A stretch of 64,000 nucleotides of DNA from an uncultured Verrucomicrobiae bacterium (GTDB taxonomy: Bacteria; Verrucomicrobiota; Verrucomicrobiia; Chthoniobacterales; UBA10450), in contig CAVWPA010000001.1 in NCBI GenBank assembly GCA_963756875.1, forward strand, positions 544,001 through 608,000. Reading direction: 5' to 3'. Positions 10,677 to 20,416 of the stretch are shown in pieces; the first letter of the stretch is position 1; each line of letters begins with the position of its first letter. Position numbers and translations under genes: made by a program. Below the pieces are notes generated by a model. It did not search any database, was not told the origin of the DNA, and worked only from the letters and a program-made list of their open reading frames with translations.

Positions 10677-12878
10677 ATGCCATCGATGTCAGTTGCCGAG
10701 CGAATACTCCATTTGTTGGGCCGGCCGTTGGTGCGCTGCTTTTACCGCCTTACCGCGCTCGGGCGCGAAAATTTGCCGAGCGGCGGATTTCTTCTCCTGC
10801 CCAACCACATCACATGGATCGATGCCATTGTGCTCCAGCTCGCCTGTCGCCGACCCATCCGCTACGTTGTCGACCAGGAATTTTATCGTAAACCATTCCT
10901 GCGTCCGTTCCTGTGGCTTGTGCGCTGCATTCCGATCGATATCCGTCATTCACTCCCGGCAGTACGCGCCGCCACCGAAAAAATCACTGAGGGTGAGATT
11001 GTTTGCCTTTTTCCGGAAGGGCAGCTCGAGCGCGCCGGAACGTTGTTGCGACTGCACCGTGGCTACGAACTGATCGCACGTCACGCCGATGCGGAGGTCG
11101 TTCCGGTCTGGCTGGACCAGCTGTGGGGTTCGATTTTTTCGTTCCGGGGCGGCAAATTTTTCAGAAAATGGCCGAAACGAATCCGGTATCCCGTCACAGT
11201 TGCCTTTGGAAAACCGCTCGAAGCGAAGGCTGCGGATGTCGCCACCGTGCGCGAGCAGATGCTCAAACTCGGCGAATTTTGTTATAGCCGCAGGCCGTCG
11301 CTGGATCGCCATCTTGCGGAAGAATGCCTGCGCGGTTTGAAGCGGCGCCGATTCTCAACCGCCGTGATCGATGGGATTGATCAAAGCAAACTGAGTCGCG
11401 CACAATTACTCGGCGCGGCCGCAGCGTTAAGCCGATATCTTCGAAGCAAGTTCGCGGATGAGCGGATCGCGGTTGTTTTGCCCGCGAGCAAGGGATCGTT
11501 GGTTGCGAATCTGGCGGTGATGCTTGCAGGAAAGGTTCCGGTGGACCTCAACTTTACGATGGGAAGAGCGGCGAACGAGTCCTGCTGCAGGCGCGCCAAC
11601 CTGCGAGTCGCCATTTCGGCGGGCCCATTCATCGAGCGATTGAAGAATTTTCCCTGGCCGGAGAACATCTTGAAATTGGACATGCTCATGCCTGGCATGA
11701 AACTGCAAATCTTCTTCTGGTGGATCGCGTCGATCCTCCTCCCGACGCCGTTACTTTTGCATCTTTTGCGGGTTCCCAAAAAAGGCGGCCACTTGGAAGC
11801 GACGTTGCTTTTTACAAGCGGGAGCACGGGCGAACCCAAAGGGGTCGTACTCAGTCATCGGAATATTCTCGGGAACGTTTCGCAATTTACCGAGCTACTT
11901 GACGCTAAAAAGGACGATGCAATTCTTGCGGCGCTCCCATTTTTTCACAGTTTCGGCGCGACGGTGACGCTGTGGTATCCGCTGGTCGAAGGTGTGCGAA
12001 TTGTTACCTATCCAAATCCTCTGGAAGCGATGAAGAACGCGGCCTTGATCGAGCGATACAAGCTGACGCTTTTGCTGGCGACGCCGACTTTCCTGCGCGG
12101 TTACCTGCGAAAAGTGGAGCCGGACCAGCTCCGCAGCCTGCGGCTGGTCATAACCGGAGCCGAAAAGCTTCCTCTCGATCTTGCCAAACATTTCGAGGAG
12201 CGCTTTAAACAAAGGGTGTTTGAGGGGTACGGGCTCACCGAGACGTCGCCGGTAGTGAGTGTGAACCTGCCGGAACCGTTTCCCAAAAAGCCAGGGACGC
12301 AAGTGCAACCATCGAGTCGATTGGGTTCGGTCGGGAAGATGGCCCCGGGAATCGCGGCTGAAATTCGTGAGCCGGAAACGGACCGCAAGCTTTCGTTGCA
12401 CGAAACCGGAATGCTCTGGTTGCGCGGAGCAAATATCTTCGAAGGGTATCTGGACGATCCGGAGCGGACAGCCGAAGTTCTGCGCGAGGGCTGGCTAAAG
12501 ACGGGCGACATAGGCCGGTTCGACGAGGACGGATTTCTTTACATCGAGGGACGGCTCTCGCGTTTTTCGAAAATCGGCGGTGAAATGGTTCCACACGAAG
12601 CGATCGAGCATAAAATTCTCACTGCGCTCGATCTTGCTGGAACGGAGCAGCGCCCGATTGCTATTGTGGGTGTTCAGGATGAAGCGAAAGGCGAAGCGCT
12701 GGTGCTGCTCAGCGCAATCGACATCGATCTTGCCGATTTGCGTGCCAGACTTCACGAAGCCGGCGTTCCCAATCTCTGGATTCCGAAACAGGTCGAGCGC
12801 GTGGAATCGATTCCCGTCCTCGCGTCCGGCAAGTTGGACCTGTCTCGGTGCGTTGAACTGGCGAAGGCAGCCCGGTGA
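10677..12878 (+). CDS. aas: Aas-like bifunctional lysophospholipid acyltransferase / acyl-ACP synthetase
   Basis: N-terminal PlsC motifs NHITWID and FPEG; AMP-binding motifs FTSGSTGEPKG, EGYGLTE, TGD, SGKLD. Confidence 0.85.
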   Translation: MPSMSVAERILHLLGRPLVRCFYRLTALGRENLPSGGFLLLPNHITWIDAIVLQLACRRPIRYVVDQEFYRKPFLRPFLWLVRCIPIDIRHSLPAVRAATEKITEGEIVCLFPEGQLERAGTLLRLHRGYELIARHADAEVVPVWLDQLWGSIFSFRGGKFFRKWPKRIRYPVTVAFGKPLEAKAADVATVREQMLKLGEFCYSRRPSLDRHLAEECLRGLKRRRFSTAVIDGIDQSKLSRAQLLGAAAALSRYLRSKFADERIAVVLPASKGSLVANLAVMLAGKVPVDLNFTMGRAANESCCRRANLRVAISAGPFIERLKNFPWPENILKLDMLMPGMKLQIFFWWIASILLPTPLLLHLLRVPKKGGHLEATLLFTSGSTGEPKGVVLSHRNILGNVSQFTELLDAKKDDAILAALPFFHSFGATVTLWYPLVEGVRIVTYPNPLEAMKNAALIERYKLTLLLATPTFLRGYLRKVEPDQLRSLRLVITGAEKLPLDLAKHFEERFKQRVFEGYGLTETSPVVSVNLPEPFPKKPGTQVQPSSRLGSVGKMAPGIAAEIREPETDRKLSLHETGMLWLRGANIFEGYLDDPERTAEVLREGWLKTGDIGRFDEDGFLYIEGRLSRFSKIGGEMVPHEAIEHKILTALDLAGTEQRPIAIVGVQDEAKGEALVLLSAIDIDLADLRARLHEAGVPNLWIPKQVERVESIPVLASGKLDLSRCVELAKAAR

Positions 12879-14422
12879 TGCAGGTTTCTAAACTCAAGTC
12901 CGCGCGATTCGTCGATCTTTTGTGCGCGGCGCTCCTGCTTTCGTTTGCCCTTGCGGTCGCAGCTCCCCGGTGGCGCGCCCGGGTCGATTGGCGTGACGAG
13001 GGCTTTCTCGCCTATGGCGCGGTGCGCGTGCTAAACGGCGAAATTCCGCAGCGCGATTTCGTTAGTCTGCAACCGCCTCTCTCTTTTTACTCAGCCGCCG
13101 CGGTTTTCAAGCTTTGCGGAACATCGCTCGCTTCGCTTCGCATGTTCGGCGTGGCACTTTTTCTCCTTCTACCGCTTCTTATTTACGGGATCGCTCGCAA
13201 CTTCACTGGTTCCATTCTCTCTTTGGCGGCTGCCGCTCCCGCGTGCATTCTCGGTCTTCCATATTTCAGCTTTGTGCCGCTCGCAGCCTGGCAGGGGATC
13301 ACCGCTTCATTCGTCGCCGCATTTTTTTTCGTCCCGGCAACATTATCGAAGAGGCAATGGCCCGCCTTCGTTGGCGGATTGTTCACAGCTCTCTCGATTT
13401 TTCTACGGCACGATCAGGCCGTGTATACCGTTCTGTCGATTTTCGTCCTGGTGATCGCGTTGAGGTTTGCCCGGGACGCATCCGCTTCGAGAATCAATCT
13501 GAAACGCGCGTTGCTGTTGTGGCTGGCCGGGATCGCCGTCGTCTCAATTCCATTGATCCTTTTCTGGTGGAAAATTGGGGCGCTGCCCGAGATGTTTCAG
13601 CAGCTGGTGGTGTTTCCGCTCACCACTTATCGAAAGACCAGTTCGCTGCCGTTTCCGAAATTCATTCTACACGGATCCATTCAGAACACTGCTGTCGTAA
13701 TTCTGTTCTACATTTCCCCGTTTGTTCAAGCGATCGGCGCGCTCTACCTCGTCTATGCCGTGGTCCGCAGCCGTTTTCGCCGGCGCGAAGCATTCCTTGC
13801 ATTTCTTGTCGCCTGGTCGGCGCTGTTTTATCTCCAGGCCTCGGTCCGATCGGACCAGACGCACCTTATGTTCGCGCTGCCGCCGTTTTTTCTTCTTACC
13901 GCCTTCGAGTGGTCGATTGTGCGCGAAGCAGTCGCCAACCATCGCAAAGTGGAGATGGCGCTCTCAACGGCGTTCGCGATCCTGGTCGGTTCGTTTCTCT
14001 GGATCCTCAGGCCAATCGAATTGCCCGATGTAACGCGGGATACCCAGATGGTGACACTCGAGCGCGGCGGCGTGCGCATCGAACGAGCGGACGTGGTCGT
14101 CGATTTCGTTCGCCGCCTGCAGGCCTTCGTTCCGCCGACGCGATCGATTCTGGTGCTACCGTACGAGCCGATGTTTTATTTCCTCTGCGAGCGCCGAAAC
14201 CCGACACGCTGGAACTACTTGTGGCCGGGAGATCAGACCTCACGGGATTACGAGCGCTTGATCGAAGAGGCGGAACGCGATCCGCCTGCGGTGGTATTGC
14301 TCTCGCAGCAGCGCGAAGTTACCAAATATGCGCCTGCCATTGTCGAATACGTTCAGGCGCACTACATTCACACTGATGATGTCGGTGATATTGCTATCTA
14401 CGTTCGTCCCAAGACCGACTGA
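12875..14422 (+). CDS. GT-C fold (PMT/ArnT-like) membrane glycosyltransferase
   Basis: DEG motif after TM1, PQRDFVSLQPP, about 11-12 TM segments. Confidence 0.65.
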   Translation: MMQVSKLKSARFVDLLCAALLLSFALAVAAPRWRARVDWRDEGFLAYGAVRVLNGEIPQRDFVSLQPPLSFYSAAAVFKLCGTSLASLRMFGVALFLLLPLLIYGIARNFTGSILSLAAAAPACILGLPYFSFVPLAAWQGITASFVAAFFFVPATLSKRQWPAFVGGLFTALSIFLRHDQAVYTVLSIFVLVIALRFARDASASRINLKRALLLWLAGIAVVSIPLILFWWKIGALPEMFQQLVVFPLTTYRKTSSLPFPKFILHGSIQNTAVVILFYISPFVQAIGALYLVYAVVRSRFRRREAFLAFLVAWSALFYLQASVRSDQTHLMFALPPFFLLTAFEWSIVREAVANHRKVEMALSTAFAILVGSFLWILRPIELPDVTRDTQMVTLERGGVRIERADVVVDFVRRLQAFVPPTRSILVLPYEPMFYFLCERRNPTRWNYLWPGDQTSRDYERLIEEAERDPPAVVLLSQQREVTKYAPAIVEYVQAHYIHTDDVGDIAIYVRPKTD

Positions 14423-14481
14423 TTTTGTGCCGCGGCCGCGCGCAATGGCACTTGATTCTGGATCGATAACGCAGATCAGCG

Positions 14482-15009
14482 GTGAATTCTCCCGACGAAC
14501 AGATCTCGCAATTGCGCGCGGCCATCGCTGCGCAAGAAGCAATGCGAGGCACTCTTGGCGATGCGACTGTCGAGTTAGGCCTCAAACCTCTTCGCAACCT
14601 GCTTGATTCGCTTCTGGCCGAGCAAGCGACCCGGGCCAGTGAATCCTTGCGGGACGAACTGCTCGCGCAATTGCAGAGTTACATTCCCCAACAGCTTGCC
14701 AATAAGATCCGGGCAAGCGGCCATGTCGAAGGTGAGCGGCGTCCGGTCACCGTTGTATTCGCCGATGTCTTCGGCTTCACTGCTCTGTCGGAAAAACTCG
14801 ATCCGGAAGACGTTGCATCGCTGATGAACGATTGCCTCAAGGAACTGGTCGACGCCGTTTATCAATACGAGGGGATGGTCGACAAATTCATCGGCGATTG
14901 CATCATGGCCGTGTTTGGCGCTCCCATCGCGCTGGAAGATGATGCCGAGCGGGCGTTACGTGCTGCGTTCTCGTGGGTACTGCGCAGAACCCCCGTTATG
15001 GTAGTCTGA
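14482..15009 (+). pseudogene. truncated class III adenylate/guanylate cyclase
   Basis: VTVVFADVFGFT and DKFIGDCIMAVFGAP are present, but the ORF stops right after AERALRAA, before the second half of the domain. Confidence 0.7.
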
Positions 15010-15052
15010 AAACTTCGTCTGACGATAAAACAACGCAAGGTCATCTAATCCG

Positions 15053-16876
15053 ATGAGTTTTGAGGTTCATTCCGTCGCTAATCGGGCTGCCGCGCTTTTG
15101 ATGAAGCTGCTGTTCGGTTCCCTCGGACATGTCCGCGTGTTGCGCCGCGAAAACGCAGATCATTCGGGCGGGTTTCTGCTCGCGGCGAATCATATCAGCC
15201 ATTTTGACCCGTTTATTATCTCTTCGGTGATTCGACGGAAAATCGATTGGATGGCAATGGATGAGTTTTTTCCGGTACCCGTCGTTGGTTTTCTACTGCG
15301 TGCCGTAGACGCCTTTCCTGCGAATCGGTACCGCGCTGATCGCGCCACGATCCGAACCGCGATCAATCGACTAAAAGAGGGACATATCGTCGGTCTTTTT
15401 CCCGAGGGCGGTATTCGCGACGGCACGCGCTCGCTGTTGGAAGGCGCGCCTCTGCGGCCAGGCGCAGCGACACTGGCCCACATCGCGAAAGTACCGATCG
15501 TGCCGTGCGTCATTGTCGGCAGCGATCGCCTTTACTCGAAAAAAAGCTGGCTGCCACTTCGGCGAACGCCGCTCTGGATCGCATTCGGTAATCCGATCCC
15601 GCATTTTTCGGATCTTGAAAAATCCGCGGCTCGCGAGTCTATCGAGCGCGAACTTGTCGGTGCGTTCAAGGCACTCTATGCGGAATTGCGCGAGAAGTTT
15701 TCACTGACAGCTGATGATCTGCCGCACTCGCCACGAGAGCGAATAGGGCATTGTAGGACAAGCGCATCGCCTGCCACCCGCGCAACCGGTGACCGGAGCG
15801 GTCGCCCTACAATTCCACGCGGCAAAGGAGGGCATCTGTTGCGGCGTTTGGCGGCGACCGGAATGGATGGACTCATGTGTGCGTCGATGAACTTGCTCCA
15901 GTCCCGCCACCGTCTGCATGCGCGAAGCCTGGATGAGATGGAACGCTACGTAAGCGAATGTGAAAAGCTTACACCGCGCGATTATTATGCCGTCCAGCAG
16001 AGCGCCGATCTTGCCAGCGCCCTCGGAAACGGTCCCTTCGTTAAGTGGCAGAGCCCGATAAAGACGGCATTCCCGGCGAACAATATTGCGCGAGCGGATT
16101 TTTTTCCATGCGCAAACGGTTGGAGCGCGCCGACCGTGCTGATGCTGCATGCGCTCATGTCGGCCACTCATATTGGTTATCGCCGTTGGGCGGCACACTT
16201 CAACGAGCTCGGCTGGAATGCGTGCTTTGTGCATTTGCCGTATCATTACTCGCGAGTGCCGCGCGGCTACTGGAACGGCGAACTTGCCATTACTGCAGAT
16301 CTTGTTCGCAACGCTGAGGGGCTGCGCCAGGGTGTCGTGGAAGTTCGGCAATTGATGGCGGCGATGCGTGAGCGCGGATGCCGGGAGTTTGGCGTGCTCG
16401 GGACGAGTTATGGCGGCTGGATCGGCGCGCTTCTCGCGATGGTGGAACGCGATTTTCGCTTCGTCGCATTAATGACACCCATTGTGAACGTCGAACATGC
16501 AATCTGGCAAAGTCCCGCCGCAGCCTTCATGCGGCGCGAGCTCGCTCGGGCGAAGATCGAGCCGTCGATGGTTGCGCGGCATTTTCATCTCAGTTCGCCC
16601 ACGTATAATCAGCCGCTGTGCAGCGCGGATCGTGTGTTGTTTGTAGCGGGCGAATTCGACCTGATCGCGCGACCGGAAGATGTCGAAGCCATTCATCAAA
16701 GATGGCGCGGCTCGGAACTGCTTCGCGTGCCCCAGGGGCATTTCGGCTATCGCGTGATGCGTGAAACGATCGCCCGTTTGAAAGAGCGCGAAATGGGAAT
16801 CCCGATTCTGCAGCCAATCAGGCGGCCTCAGTTTGAGCGGCAGGATCAGCCGAAGGCTTCACAGCTGGCCGATTGA
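15053..16876 (+). CDS. PlsC-type acyltransferase fused to an alpha/beta hydrolase
   Basis: NHISHFD and FPEGG motifs; C-terminal GTSYGG nucleophile elbow, D (FDLI) and H (QGH). Confidence 0.85.
   Translation: MSFEVHSVANRAAALLMKLLFGSLGHVRVLRRENADHSGGFLLAANHISHFDPFIISSVIRRKIDWMAMDEFFPVPVVGFLLRAVDAFPANRYRADRATIRTAINRLKEGHIVGLFPEGGIRDGTRSLLEGAPLRPGAATLAHIAKVPIVPCVIVGSDRLYSKKSWLPLRRTPLWIAFGNPIPHFSDLEKSAARESIERELVGAFKALYAELREKFSLTADDLPHSPRERIGHCRTSASPATRATGDRSGRPTIPRGKGGHLLRRLAATGMDGLMCASMNLLQSRHRLHARSLDEMERYVSECEKLTPRDYYAVQQSADLASALGNGPFVKWQSPIKTAFPANNIARADFFPCANGWSAPTVLMLHALMSATHIGYRRWAAHFNELGWNACFVHLPYHYSRVPRGYWNGELAITADLVRNAEGLRQGVVEVRQLMAAMRERGCREFGVLGTSYGGWIGALLAMVERDFRFVALMTPIVNVEHAIWQSPAAAFMRRELARAKIEPSMVARHFHLSSPTYNQPLCSADRVLFVAGEFDLIARPEDVEAIHQRWRGSELLRVPQGHFGYRVMRETIARLKEREMGIPILQPIRRPQFERQDQPKASQLAD
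15751..15812. repeat. degenerate GTAG REP doublet inside a CDS
   Basis: TTGTAGG...CCTACAA ends, each followed by an imperfect hairpin. Confidence 0.6.
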
Positions 16877-17885
16877 GTCCGAGAAATTCCAAACTCGGAC
16901 CGAGGGCGGTGAACGCCGCCGCTGCGAGGACGTTGTGCCCTTCCACGGATGCATGCCATCCATCAACCTCGTGAAGTAATTCCACGCGACTTAGATCGGC
17001 CGTGGCCAGTGCATCGGAGTATTGCAGCTGCACGTTCGGGATCCTCGCGATCTCCAGATTGAGATCGTTGACTGTCGAACGTAGCGCGTCGTTCATCATG
17101 CGCGCCATGCGAATCAAATTACGGCGATAAGACGGCCTGAAAGACGTGAAATATTCGTAGGTCGTTTCCAGATGCGGGTACAACGCCGGGTCCTCTGCTC
17201 GCAGGCGCTCTGCCGTTTCACGGGCCGCAAAGTATCGCTCGAAGTTTACCAGGCCGTAAACCACGATCGCAATGCGGCGACGCTGCTCGCGCGCATGTGC
17301 GATGAGGCTGCGCGTATGTCGGGCGAAGTTTTCGCAAAAACGCCTGCTCTGCCGCTGCAACCGGTTCTCTGGTTGCCCGAGCTCGTCCGGCGGGCATCGC
17401 CATGCCCAATCGACGTTGTTGTGTCCGATCGAGATCAGGATCAGGTCCGGAAATCGTTTCGCCGCGATCAACTGAGCGATCTGCCCGGAAAAATTACGGG
17501 TCCCCAGAATACGGCGAAAAAAAGTTTCCTGTTCGCACCGGTCGTTAACAAGAGCACCTATTCCGGCATATTCTCTCGCGACAAAAGGAGTGACCTCCTC
17601 CAACCTCTTGGCCACACTGCACACAACTGGGGGCGACGGATCGCGATCGAGGAACCAGTTCTTTCCCCGGCGGGTTCGCGCGCGCCAGAATGTGTTCCAG
17701 GCAGATGAGATATACATATCCATGCAAACGCTGTCGCCGATCATGGCGACACGAGGCAGTCGCTCAATCAATTCGGCTCGCGTAATCTTTCCACTCTGGA
17801 AAGCCAGATAGTCAGAGTGAAAAGGTGACGTTGGTTCGGCTATTCGTTGCCAGAAGTTTGTGCTGATGAAGGGGGGCGCCGTCAT
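16818..17885 (-). CDS. SGNH/GDSL hydrolase family protein
   Basis: IGDS block I, GHNN block III, DGWH block V; likely start ATG 17885. Confidence 0.75.
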   Translation of the reverse strand: MTAPPFISTNFWQRIAEPTSPFHSDYLAFQSGKITRAELIERLPRVAMIGDSVCMDMYISSAWNTFWRARTRRGKNWFLDRDPSPPVVCSVAKRLEEVTPFVAREYAGIGALVNDRCEQETFFRRILGTRNFSGQIAQLIAAKRFPDLILISIGHNNVDWAWRCPPDELGQPENRLQRQSRRFCENFARHTRSLIAHAREQRRRIAIVVYGLVNFERYFAARETAERLRAEDPALYPHLETTYEYFTSFRPSYRRNLIRMARMMNDALRSTVNDLNLEIARIPNVQLQYSDALATADLSRVELLHEVDGWHASVEGHNVLAAAAFTALGPSLEFLGLNRPAVKPSADPAAQTEAA

Positions 17886-17908
17886 AAGCAGCGGTTCTTT
17901 CTTGTTTT

Positions 17909-19432
17909 CTAATAGTCCAACCAATTCATTGCCCCGAGCAAGCGGCGAAAGTCGGCGTCGTCGGTTGAGAGCGCGGGAAGCCATTCACCGATCGGTTGCC
18001 GCTTCCACCAGGCCGGGTCGCCGATCGGCGCGAAGCGATAACGATAGAGCCGCGCACGAATGTAGTGCGGCGGCGCCTTCGGAAACGGATTATTGGCGAG
18101 AAGCGAGAGCGTTTCGGGATCGTTGTGCAGGAGTTTCCAGACGAAATGAAATGTCCATGGATATTCTGCCGGCGACGCCATGGCGGCGAACCAGATTTGC
18201 CAGTCAATCCGCGGTTGATACGGCGCGATGAACAGTGGCCGGCGGTTGGGATCGCCCGGTTTTGCCTTGAATTCATATTCTTTCCACTTGGTCTCGGCGG
18301 TGATCAATGTGTCGTCCGTCCCTTCGAAGATAATCTCGTAACGTTCGCGCCCGACCGTGCCAAACGCGCCATACGTATTCACGAGGTCCAGCGGGTCGTA
18401 GGAGTAATTCATTAACTGCCTGCCGGACGCCATGTTCAGGACGGGCGCGACGCTCAGCCAGGCTACCAGGATGGTCAACGCAATCGCCACCCTGTTGTAA
18501 ACAGGCGATGGTTCCGACTCCTTTCCCGCCCGCTCCGCCAGCCTAACGAGTGATTTCGGAAGCAAGTGTCGAAGAAACGTGTCGTCAAAGCAGGCGAGAA
18601 ACGGAATGATGGTCAGGTAATTCAGGAACGAAAGGTTGCCGCTAATGATGAGAAAGATTTGAAAAGTAACGAGCAGCACGCCGGCGATGTGACGAACCGT
18701 TCGCGGCCCGAATGAAAACCACGGCACCACCAATTCGACGAAGTGGTTCCAGGCCACTTCGAACTTGAGTAACCAGTGCGGCGAAAAATTCAGATAACGG
18801 CTGATCGGGTTCGGGATCGGCTGCGTTTCGTAGTGGTAATAAAGGCAGGTGAGATTGCGCCAGCAGGGGTCGCCGCGCAGCTTGATGAGACCCGCACCGA
18901 CCATGATGCGAAAGCCGAGCCAGCGAAACAGCCAGATGACAAGAACTGGCGGCGGAGTTTTTGGAAACGGCCGGCCGTCGAGCAAGGGGCAAAGAAAAAT
19001 CGCCAGGAATCCGGTTTCCAGCAGCTGAATTTCCCAACCGTAGCCATACCAGATTTGACCGACGTGAACGATCGACATGTACATTCCCCAAAGCACGGTG
19101 AGGATGATGGCGTTGGCGTAGCCGGCAAGAACGACAAGGGAGAGGGCAAATCCGATCCAGGCAAAGATGGTCATTCCGTGATCCGAGATGCCGAACCAGA
19201 ATAAAGTCGGAATATGCAGCATCCCTTCCGTGCGGGAGCCGAGCTGCGCATGGACCGCGGACAAGAATTGCCACGCCGGAGTTAAACCCCTGCTTCCGAT
19301 CAGCGGCACCAACTGTTCAGCCGCGACCAGAAATGCGACCGCATAAACAAAACCGAGCAGCCGCAGGATGACGAAACGGGTCAGCCAATACGAATTTCCC
19401 GCGGCAAAGAGCTTTTTGAGAGCATCATTCAT
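17909..19432 (-). CDS. lipase maturation factor family protein
   Basis: GWEIQLLETG, YETQPIP, PYQPRIDWQIWFAA motifs. Confidence 0.92.
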   Translation of the reverse strand: MNDALKKLFAAGNSYWLTRFVILRLLGFVYAVAFLVAAEQLVPLIGSRGLTPAWQFLSAVHAQLGSRTEGMLHIPTLFWFGISDHGMTIFAWIGFALSLVVLAGYANAIILTVLWGMYMSIVHVGQIWYGYGWEIQLLETGFLAIFLCPLLDGRPFPKTPPPVLVIWLFRWLGFRIMVGAGLIKLRGDPCWRNLTCLYYHYETQPIPNPISRYLNFSPHWLLKFEVAWNHFVELVVPWFSFGPRTVRHIAGVLLVTFQIFLIISGNLSFLNYLTIIPFLACFDDTFLRHLLPKSLVRLAERAGKESEPSPVYNRVAIALTILVAWLSVAPVLNMASGRQLMNYSYDPLDLVNTYGAFGTVGRERYEIIFEGTDDTLITAETKWKEYEFKAKPGDPNRRPLFIAPYQPRIDWQIWFAAMASPAEYPWTFHFVWKLLHNDPETLSLLANNPFPKAPPHYIRARLYRYRFAPIGDPAWWKRQPIGEWLPALSTDDADFRRLLGAMNWLDY

Positions 19433-19602
19433 CGATCTGTCCGGACAGAGTTAACAGAATTTCGAGCGAATTAGAAGAGAGTCGCCGCTGCGGGCAACCT
19501 CTTTCGTCCAGACAATTCGGTTGGATTCGACTCAAAAGCGAGCGCAACGCGCGAATTCGCCGAGCGGCCGCCTTGCCGATTTACCGCGGCGCGGCCGCGA
19601 AT

Positions 19603-20160
19603 TTAAATCATTCCGAGCTTCATTCGCCCTGCTTCGCTGATCATTCCCTGGTTCCAGGGAGGGTCCCAGACGAGCTGGACATCGGCTTCGTCTATCCCGT
19701 CGATCGAGAGAATTTTACTTTGCGCGTCATGCGCAATGGCGGGTCCCATGCCGCACCCCGGCGCGGTTAAAGTCATTTTCACTTCCACCCGGGTGCCGCC
19801 GCCATCTTTCTTGATCAGCCGGCAGTCGTACACCAGCCCAAGATCGACGATGTTCACCGGGATTTCCGGATCGTAACACTGCCGAAGCTGGTTCCAGACG
19901 TTCTCCTCGGAGACGTCGCCGTTCGTTGCAGGCGCCGCGGTTTTTGATTCGGTCTTTGGGGCCGGCTTTTCAACACCGAACGCGTCGAAGTCTTTTTCGG
20001 CGATACGGGAAAGTCCGTGTGGTGTCGCGACTGTGTAACTTCCGCCAAGAGCCTGGGTGATAACGCCCTGCGTTCCTGCTTCCAGTGTAAATTTTTGTCC
20101 GCTCGGGATCAGGATCACTTCGCAATCGCGGCTCAACGTAAATTCAGTGTTGGTTTGCAT
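19603..20160 (-). CDS. sufT: Fe-S cluster assembly SufT/PaaD-like (DUF59) protein
   Basis: ITQALGGSYTV, DPEIPVNIVDLGLVY, TAPGCGMG, WDPPW motifs; start ATG 20160. Confidence 0.85.
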   Translation of the reverse strand: MQTNTEFTLSRDCEVILIPSGQKFTLEAGTQGVITQALGGSYTVATPHGLSRIAEKDFDAFGVEKPAPKTESKTAAPATNGDVSEENVWNQLRQCYDPEIPVNIVDLGLVYDCRLIKKDGGGTRVEVKMTLTAPGCGMGPAIAHDAQSKILSIDGIDEADVQLVWDPPWNQGMISEAGRMKLGMI

Positions 20161-20164
20161 AAGA

Positions 20165-20193
20165 TTTGTCATTCCGAGCGGAGTCGAGGAATC
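20165..20193. repeat. 29-bp dispersed repeat TTTGTCATTCCGAGCGGAGTCGAGGAATC
   Basis: Reverse-complement copy with one mismatch at 52489..52517. Confidence 0.75.
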
Positions 20194-20262
20194 CTTCAAT
20201 CAGCATCGACATCGGCACCCGTAGTCAAAACAATAGATTCCGACAGCGTGGGTCGCAAGCGG

Positions 20263-20416
20263 TTTGGGTAGCGCACGCGTCTCGCGTGCTGGCGAAGCCG
20301 TCTCGGGTTCGCGGACTTTTGTAGAGGTTCCCTTCCGGGGGTGCAGATGAATTTAAGGAAAAGTTCGTTGCGGCGGGACACCGCAACCGGCACGCGAGGC
20401 GCGTGCGCTCCCCAGA
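20263..20416. repeat. REP doublet (REPIN-like), family A
   Basis: GGTAGCGCACGCGTCTCGCGTGC ... GCACGCGAGGCGCGTGCGCTCCCCAGA; abuts the E2 stop codon. Confidence 0.85.

Noticed and set aside
13114..14376. Long alternative-frame or antisense ORFs (e.g. 13114..14376, 42046..43128, 53288..54208, 54977..55882)
   Set aside because: They overlap well-supported genes, show no recognisable motifs, and are expected shadows in GC-rich DNA
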